64,000 nt of DNA, from NCBI GenBank assembly GCA_977030845.1, contig OZ365116.1, positions 22,754,001 to 22,818,000 on the forward strand, read 5' to 3'. Origin of the DNA: Fimbriosthenelais zetlandica. Its lineage: Eukaryota. A program made the position numbers and the translations under genes. The notes beneath the pieces are model-generated. The model saw only the letters and a list, made by a program, of their open reading frames with translations, searched no databases and was not told where the DNA came from. Shown here piece by piece: positions 57,601 to 64,000 of this stretch; within the stretch, counting starts at the first letter, position 1; the number at the start of each line of letters is the position of its first letter.

Positions 57601-60600
57601 CATGCAATTCACTGAAAGTGTTGGTGAAAGGCGCCGCTTTGTCCCCAAGCATTTTGATAATGTCTGTAGCGGGGACAGTGGTAGGTGGGGTGACTGATGG
57701 AGACAGATAGAGGGACAGTATTGCGAGGACAGGACAAAGGGGAGGACAAGGAGAATGTGAGATAATGAGGACAAGTAGTAGAATGAGGTTAACTAATTGA
57801 AGTGGATCCTCAAACACGCTTCATGATGAGACCACTTGGTCCACCCACTGCCATCATTTCCTCTTGTTGAATCAATATAGCCTGATTGAGGAAGCTGGAT
57901 TGAGGACGGATTGAGTGAATGTAATTGGTGTGATAAAGGCAATAGAGGGGGGACAAGAGATTAGGCTGGGTCAATTTTAAATTGAAAGATGGAAAATATG
58001 CTATTTGAATTATCATCGGCAACATTTTGAATGAATCCGGAATTGCCAATATTGCACAATTGACCATGGGTGTGACAAGATTGAACCGTTATCATTATCA
58101 TAGCCATATTGAGCCGTGGTGAGTTGATCTTAGTGTTAACAAATCAAGGCATGTTCCAAAGGTCCGGCTGTACCCACATCATGTAGGAATGAGGTATATT
58201 GGTGGGGAGACCATCACTTATCATAGCAAATATCACACAAAGTATGCGCGGCAGGCAGCACCCAGATGAGGTGGGGAATAAAATCAAACTTGTGTCCACT
58301 GGACGGCCCAGTGAACCCCCGTCCCTTCAAGCGACTCAGAGATAAAAATGGATGCTAGAAGAGGAGGGAGGGAGGGGGTTAGAGGTGGGGGGGGGCGAGA
58401 GAGAGAGAGACAGACAGACAGAAAGGGTGAGAGAGAGCACAAGACAGACTGACAGAGAGAAGGGAACGAGTATATGCAATAAGGGAGAAGTTTAGAGTAT
58501 AGTACAGGAATTTAGTTTGGTGATGGTGGGGAGGAAGGGAAGGCGGATATTAAGTGGCTGTCACTCAGTCTCCTCTTCCCTCCCCATCCCCCTCCATTCG
58601 TCTCAGACTTCTCGAGCTGGCACTTCCATTTGGGGCATCCATCCATCTCTAAATATGCTAACCCTTACCACCGGTGAACCTGTCTCCATTTGTACACAAT
58701 CAAACAAATCAAATCATGGACCACAGCCGATAGCGCTTTGACGGAGCCCACGTGACTAGCATAGGTCGTCCTTACTGTCTGCTCAAACACCAACTGTGCC
58801 AAGTGAAAAATCAACCAGATCAAAAGAACGCCAGTAAAATAACCAACAATTCTTACTCTAAGTTCCACGGGGACATCAGCTATTATGGCATTTGCATTGT
58901 TCTTCATGGCCCGAAAGCTTGTCAAATGTATACTGTTTTGACAATGTACCATTTTTAATATAATAAAGCCTAGATTACACCTACATGTATATGACACATA
59001 GATGGAAATTCAGGCCCGCTGATATGTACATGTATAAAGCTTAATATATCAGTTTTGGAAGTGGAGACATTAACACTTTAGGCACACATGTTATAATTCT
59101 CAGACCTATTCCTCCATCTGCTGTTATTCTGAGAGTTATTCCTTATAAAGTTTCCATATCAACTACAGTGATCGAAACTCCCATCTATATTAAAATGAAA
59201 AAATATGAAATGAAATATATAAATCCTGAAAGCCTTATATATGTGGGCTTAAGTGGGAGGGAAGGAGTTATTGGAAATGGGGTTGTTCAGCAGGTAACAC
59301 GAGAAGTGAAAGTGGACCACTTACACCCTTACACTCAATGTAACAGCTTGCATATTGCATGAGTGAATGTAAAAAAACGTCAAGCCTTCCTAAGTGCATC
59401 AGTAAAGATACACGAGTATGAGAATTCATGAAATGGAAGTGTTTGCAAATATACGACATTTTGAGGACGAAACTCACGCTGGTTTTCTTAAATTAAAAAT
59501 GCCAGATTTTGTATGGGGATAAATGTAATATCACCAAGAGATATTATGGCAAATGTAAGACAAATCAGAGGGTGATGGCTTAAACCATTTATGAAGCATC
59601 ACAAGTTAAACAGAAGACTACATAAATACCTCAATCAACAGTCATGAGCTAACGGACCCATCATCATGCAATCAGTCAGTAAACTATACTGTAAACTCCA
59701 TCATGACCATGTATTTTAATGGGCATTTTAAAACTGCCAGGCATAGAGCAATGATGGCCTGCATACATCATTAAGTCTGAAGACATGCAAGGGGAGTGAC
59801 TTGACAGTGAACGAGTCCAATTACCTGAGCTGCTCCTTCGACCACTGTGCAGACAAATAGAGGCATTTTACCTAGCTTGCCACTATGAGACCCTGGTGAA
59901 ATGAACCTAACTATAGCTTCGTGTTCTCAGACATTTTACAGAGCATGTAAAACACTATCAGTGAGTGGGAGGAGGACGGAGGGTGGGGGAGGAGGACGGA
60001 GGGTGGGGGAGGAGGACGGAGGGTGGGGGGAGGAGGACGGAGGGTGGGGGAGGAGGACGGAGGGTGGGGGAGGAGGACGGAGGGTGGGGGAGGAGGACGG
60101 AGGGTGGGGGAGGAGGACGGAGGGTGGGGGAGGAGGACGGAGGGTGGGGGAGGAGGACGGAGGGTGGGGGGAGGAGGACGGAGGGTGGGGGTGGGAGGCT
60201 CGGGGTAGATCCTGGCCACACGAGGTGGGGCCATCTTGGGCAGGGCGTGTTGGAGAGATAGACTCTCTAAAGCTGACTCTAGGGAGAGATTCCCTTCATT
60301 CAGTTTGGTTTTATTTGGAAACTAACTACGCGCAAGGCAGATGTTTGAACTAAGTGAACCTAAACAGAAGTGATTTTAACAATTAAGATTTTAAGAAGTG
60401 AAACAATTATAAAAATTAAGCTTGAAATAGAAATCCATCTCATTGCATAAAAAAAATAATTGTATTAATTTCAAGGAACATTAAGTCGTAACATTGAACC
60501 CCCGTAGGGAGTCAAGAGGTTAAAATAGTTGAGAATTGAAGTACATGGATTAATGACCATGTTGATGTTCAAGGTAGAAAAAAATCATTGAGGAATGAGG

Positions 60601-63600
60601 CGTGTCAGTGTGAGTTTGATGGTGAAGGAGGGAGTGGGAACGGAGGACGGGAGACGTCTTAATTAAAGACACGTGTTATCCCATCCTTCCACAGGGGATA
60701 AACGTCAGAGAAAGAAGAGCAAATATTGTCACATCTGTTTTCATAAGAGTTCTCCTAAAAGCCTTTCCCCCTGGCTGAACCATGTGAATAAAAGATCAGC
60801 CCCCCAGAAGCCGCCACCTCCAGTATAAACCTAATTCCAGGTCGCCTCGCCGCCTGCTCTCCTCCCAAATCATCACATTTCACTCTCTCAAAAGTGAAAT
60901 TCACTTTCCACAAAGTTTGGAGATAAAAAAGGATGGGTGTGGAATTATTGATGGGGGGTGATGAGCCTTATCCCGTCTGAGCACGTGCAGGGAATTGTGT
61001 GAAAAATACATGACAGTTAAGTTCTCTATCTCTCTACCTGTCATTCTCAATCTCACTGTCCCTCTACCCTCTAACTCCACCTGAAAATTTTGATTCCCTT
61101 GCATATAGACGGATGCAGGATATGGCTCAGTTTTCTTCATTCAGAAGAAACTGGTGGGTCAATTGGCTTGGTGGAAGGCAGACATGTATATATGAAGAAG
61201 CAGACTAACTGTATGTTTAGTCTGACACGTCGAGGGAGTTGGCTTACTGGCTGAAATGACAGCTTATAGATGAAGGTGCAGTCTTTATCGCTATCTCCTA
61301 CCGTGGCCACATTTCACTATGATGTGACTTTGTCCAATTATTTACCGTATTTCTATATTGGAATATTAAATACAAATTTACTTGGTGTGCAGTCTGACTT
61401 CAGATTCGAGGTTTCAAGATAGGGATAATCATTTTTCAAATAGAAACTCTGGCACTCTGGGAAGATTTGCACAGAAAATATTCCTAGTTAGGAGACCTAC
61501 TTCCTGAGTCAATTCATCAAGCCCAACCTCATCCAGTATGACAGTAGACCTGTAGACCGTAACCAAAGACAAATCAAATGCTCGTCAAACATTCTGTTTC
61601 AAGCCTGAGACGGGTGAATTGAGGGACATTAGTAGGGCGGTGGTGGGATCCATCATCCCAGGCTAAGACGTGGATTTACAGCACAGACAGGTTGTCCTGG
61701 CTGTCAGTGGGTGTTAGGTTGGGAGGAGTGACAGTGGGTGTTAGGGTGGGAGGAGTAAGGCTGTTACACTAGGCTGTCACTGTACATAACACTCATTAGT
61801 GACAGCTAAATACTCATGTTCCCTTTAAGGCCAACCTCCACTAGTGCGACATATACGTGACAACTATGTGCCCCAAGAGAAATTGCACCAGTGGAGGATC
61901 GCCTTTAGGTACATGTATTCAAAACCTTCAACCACAATATATAACGTGTGTCGAGGATAATATAGTGAAAGTATATTCATGTTAATTTGATTTTAAAAGA
62001 GACTAAAATCCCGAATGTATTTTTGAACAGTCTCATCACTAAATGGAGTGACAAGGTTGGGGAAGTGAGAGGGCTTTAAGCCGGAAGTGAAGGGAAATCC
62101 CAGTTAATCAACTGATGGCAAGAAAATGAGGCTTAGGTGAAGGAGGTGCCTTGTCATCTTTAACATCAGTGGAAGAGAAATGCTTTATAGCTTAATTCAT
62201 TCACCCTGAACTCATGTGTAATCATTCAGTGGGCTTGACTGAAGCTCTAGTCTAAGGCAGGAGGAGAGGGACGGACAGAGACGGAGAAGGTTTGGGACCC
62301 ACTCCGGTGATTAAAGTTTGGGTCAATATCAAGATTGTTGTAGGCAAGCTGAAGTGAATGTAGATGAGAACAAAGAGGGGAAAGATAGGGAGGCAGAGAG
62401 ATATAGATGAAAAGTGAAGGGAAGAGGATATATAGAGAGAGGTAAAGCTATGTCTGAAGGGGGACGAACAGGTTAGAAATTAATTAGACAGGGAGGGAGA
62501 AGGGGAAGAAGGAAGACGGAAAGAAAGGAAAGATGAAAAACAGAATTAAAATTAGATTTTAAGTTGAATTAAGCAAAAAAAATATAGATCAGGAAAACAT
62601 GTAAAGCCACAATTAATAACCAACAGGTTCAGTTGTGAAAGCATGTGATGTGCCTGGGTGAAGGGTCACGCATGGGAAGGAAAATAAACAGATGATTAGC
62701 GGGAGTTCTGTCTGTCTGTGACACCCAGGAGAATGTGGTAAATGGAGTCAGTAGAAGGTCCAGCCATGACTGCATCCATGATGGATCGTACAATGTGGGC
62801 AATACACGTTAGCCATGAAATACTACCATTAGCTTCTCATGGAGTTCAGAACTCATGGTCAACCAGAAAATAGGCTTAGTGGAGCAGGCATCAGCTAACG
62901 TTAGAGTACATTAAAGACTAAATACAAACTATAAAGATACAGATTATAGAAAAGTTGATAATATTATCAAAGAAGCATAGATGAAATATTGATGAAGTCT
63001 ATCGTTGGCTATAGTATGTACATAGCCAATATTGAAAAGCTCTTTTTATGGATTAAACTAGAGTGAAGATATAGCTCATTAAGGTGATTTTTCTTCTTGA
63101 AGCTATCGACGCACCCATCACCCTAATTTACTTCACCATTCTCCCTTTCATCATAAGTGTCAGACCCGTGGATTAGATACCTTCTTCTCTACACTCTACA
63201 AGCAGGCTCTTATCAGGTCTCTACTAAATGGTATTAACATCCAAGTTCACTGAACTGTGATGTGCAGGCTTAAATCTATACCGAAGAACACTTTCATAAA
63301 CACCCAAGTTTGGGAAAGAAGGAAAGAATCAGTGATGTTTAAAATCATTTTCTTCATTCAAAATATGACTTCTATTACCCTTGAACAATAAAATTGAACA
63401 AAGGAATAAACATGTTGCTGTTACCCTGAATGAAAAGGTCGTATTTAATAGTTTCGTGACGACTATTTTACCAATACCCTCATTAAATAAGTAGTCTTTA
63501 ATGTGATACGACTATTTAGCTATTGCCCTGATTCAATTTAGGGATGATTCAGGAATCATTGCTTACCAACACAATGGCAATAAACAAGGACAGAACTATC

Positions 63601-64000
63601 ACATGGGAACATTATTTATATCCATGTTCCCCGCGACACTTTGTGCCAGTCACATATTAAGCCAAATTCATTAAAAACACCACCTTTCGTTTAACGAGCT
63701 TGGGGAGCAATTAGGCGGTGGGGAAAACAGAGAAAAACGGGGATTAATTAAACGACATGTTTCTTAATTAAAGCAGCATGTTGGTGTTACCTGTGTGATT
63801 AAGGTGGAGTTGGTCACGTTCCTGGAGCAGGTGGTCAGCCAGTGGGGCCTGGAACATGGAGCTCACAGCCACTCTCACCTGGCGCAGTATTCCCGCCACT
63901 TGACCACGTGCCAGCTGACCTCGGCTGTCTCCTCCAGCACGGCGGTTCACCTCCACCTCCAAGTATTCCAGCACCAGCTTCCAGTTACTGGGGGTGACCG
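33630..64000 (-). CDS. MDN1: Midasin (Rea1 ortholog), 3' portion: linker, D/E-rich region and C-terminal VWA/MIDAS domain; 5' end lies beyond the window
   Basis: Many minus-strand exons. MIDAS region KIWLRRTKPSKRQYQVMVAVDDSSSM near 34900, VTMETSQLLLIISDGRG at 34079-34291, terminal exon 33630-33764 YMESFPFPFYLIIRDINQLPVTLSDALRQWFE, acidic exons at 35.8-40.3 kb, PLDLRWN at 53821-53957. The exon ending at 63791 runs off the window edge. Confidence 0.95.
36057..36181 (+). repeat. ~21-bp tandem repeat in MDN1 intron
   Basis: Units of cattatctcagtatcat(c/t). Confidence 0.8.
36636..36900 (+). repeat. ~46-bp tandem repeat (~6 units) in MDN1 intron
   Basis: Units of aattcaagtggagggcgatacccacataa..gtccta. 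Confidence 0.88.
39322..39460 (+). repeat. Purine-rich ~37-bp repeat in short MDN1 intron
   Basis: gatagctgtagaaaggggc..agagggaggga repeated about 3 times. Confidence 0.75.
44502..44688 (+). repeat. 21-bp tandem repeat (~9 units) in MDN1 intron
   Basis: Units of ttcaattcaacgaccaag(gca/tcg). Confidence 0.92.
45197..45280. mobile_element. Tiny Tc1/mariner-type MITE (30-bp perfect TIRs, TA flanks)
   Basis: TA|CAGTCTGTTCACTCTAAGTTGATCCGAAAC - 20-nt spacer - GTTTCGGATCAACTTAGAGTGAACAGACTG|TA. Confidence 0.7.
45711..45862. mobile_element. Palindromic MITE-like hairpin (~70-bp arms, 13-nt loop)
   Basis: ...tcgtttgtgcggatgaatatgggac-gaaccgaaggtga-gtcccatattcatccgcacaaacga... Arms are near-perfect. 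Confidence 0.7.
53010..53385 (+). repeat. 23-bp pyrimidine-rich tandem repeat (~15 units) in MDN1 intron
   Basis: Unit accttcctttcccaattgcctct. The spurious ORFs here have a 23-aa period (3 units). Confidence 0.93.
54116..55470 (+). other. Candidate nested antisense spliced transcript 1 inside the large MDN1 intron
   Basis: Splice-site chain: donor 54134|GTAAGC, acceptor at 54340 or 54470, donor 54591|GTACGC, exon 54794-54987 (cag|...|GTGAGT), then acceptor cttcctgcag|55285 to stop 55470. The last three segments are phase-compatible (~166 aa), but the upstream join contains in-frame stops. Confidence 0.35.
55905..56168 (+). repeat. Degenerate ~44-bp tandem repeat
   Basis: agctgttgagtc core repeated 5 times, with aagaagcagttttaagtaggct linkers. 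Confidence 0.75.
56359..56468. promoter_or_regulatory. CCAAT + RFX X-box + CRE motif cluster
   Basis: ATTGG at 56359, GTTGCTATGG half-site at 56380, near-consensus X-box GTTGCCATGACAAC at 56439-56452, perfect CRE TGACGTCA at 56461-56468. Confidence 0.55.
56550..58118 (+). other. Candidate nested antisense gene 2 (first exons only)
   Basis: Exon 56550-56587 (phase 2) joins 57577-57684 (phase 2-2) and 58104-58118 (15 nt, phase 2-2, GTGAGT donor). Translation: MSNSTISSQPSVRCDGGTNGVMQFTESVGERRRFVPKHFDNVCSGDSGSHIEP. Downstream exons were not resolved. Confidence 0.35.
59967..60195 (+). repeat. G-rich 20/21-bp tandem repeat (~11 units)
   Basis: Unit ggaggaggacggagggtggg(g). Confidence 0.93.

Noticed and set aside
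58665-58997. 110-aa minus-strand ORF with a hydrophobic stretch
   Set aside because: No recognisable homology and no convincing splice sites linking it to MDN1 or another unit.
59901-60353. Gly/Arg-rich and extensin-like Pro-rich ORFs on both strands
   Set aside because: Artefacts of the G-rich minisatellite.

Overview
Intron-rich, AT-rich animal genomic DNA. It is probably from a marine invertebrate, but the taxon cannot be fixed from sequence alone. Five spliced protein-coding genes were reconstructed by hand from GT-AG junctions and reading frame: CCDC81 (-, 785-9180); RPF2 (+, 9896-12580), head-to-head with CCDC81; a secreted astacin metalloprotease (-, 18501-20719); a malic enzyme of the ME1/ME3 type (-, 21912 to at least 30676) with three alternative N-terminal exons; and the 3' part of midasin MDN1 (-, 33630 to beyond 64000). 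The strangest stretch is 13.4-17.8 kb, a non-coding nest of inverted repeats. It has ~590-bp outer arms at ~98-99% identity, two arrays of an 86-bp minisatellite and three tRNA-Asp/Gly-like Pol III cassettes, each followed by an oligo-T terminator. This block and the astacin gene are bracketed by a 180-bp direct repeat. The 9.8-kb MDN1 intron (53958-63790) holds candidate nested antisense spliced genes, one behind an RFX X-box + CRE promoter-like module. No prokaryotic systems or CRISPR arrays were found. All exon calls are manual and untested against transcripts.
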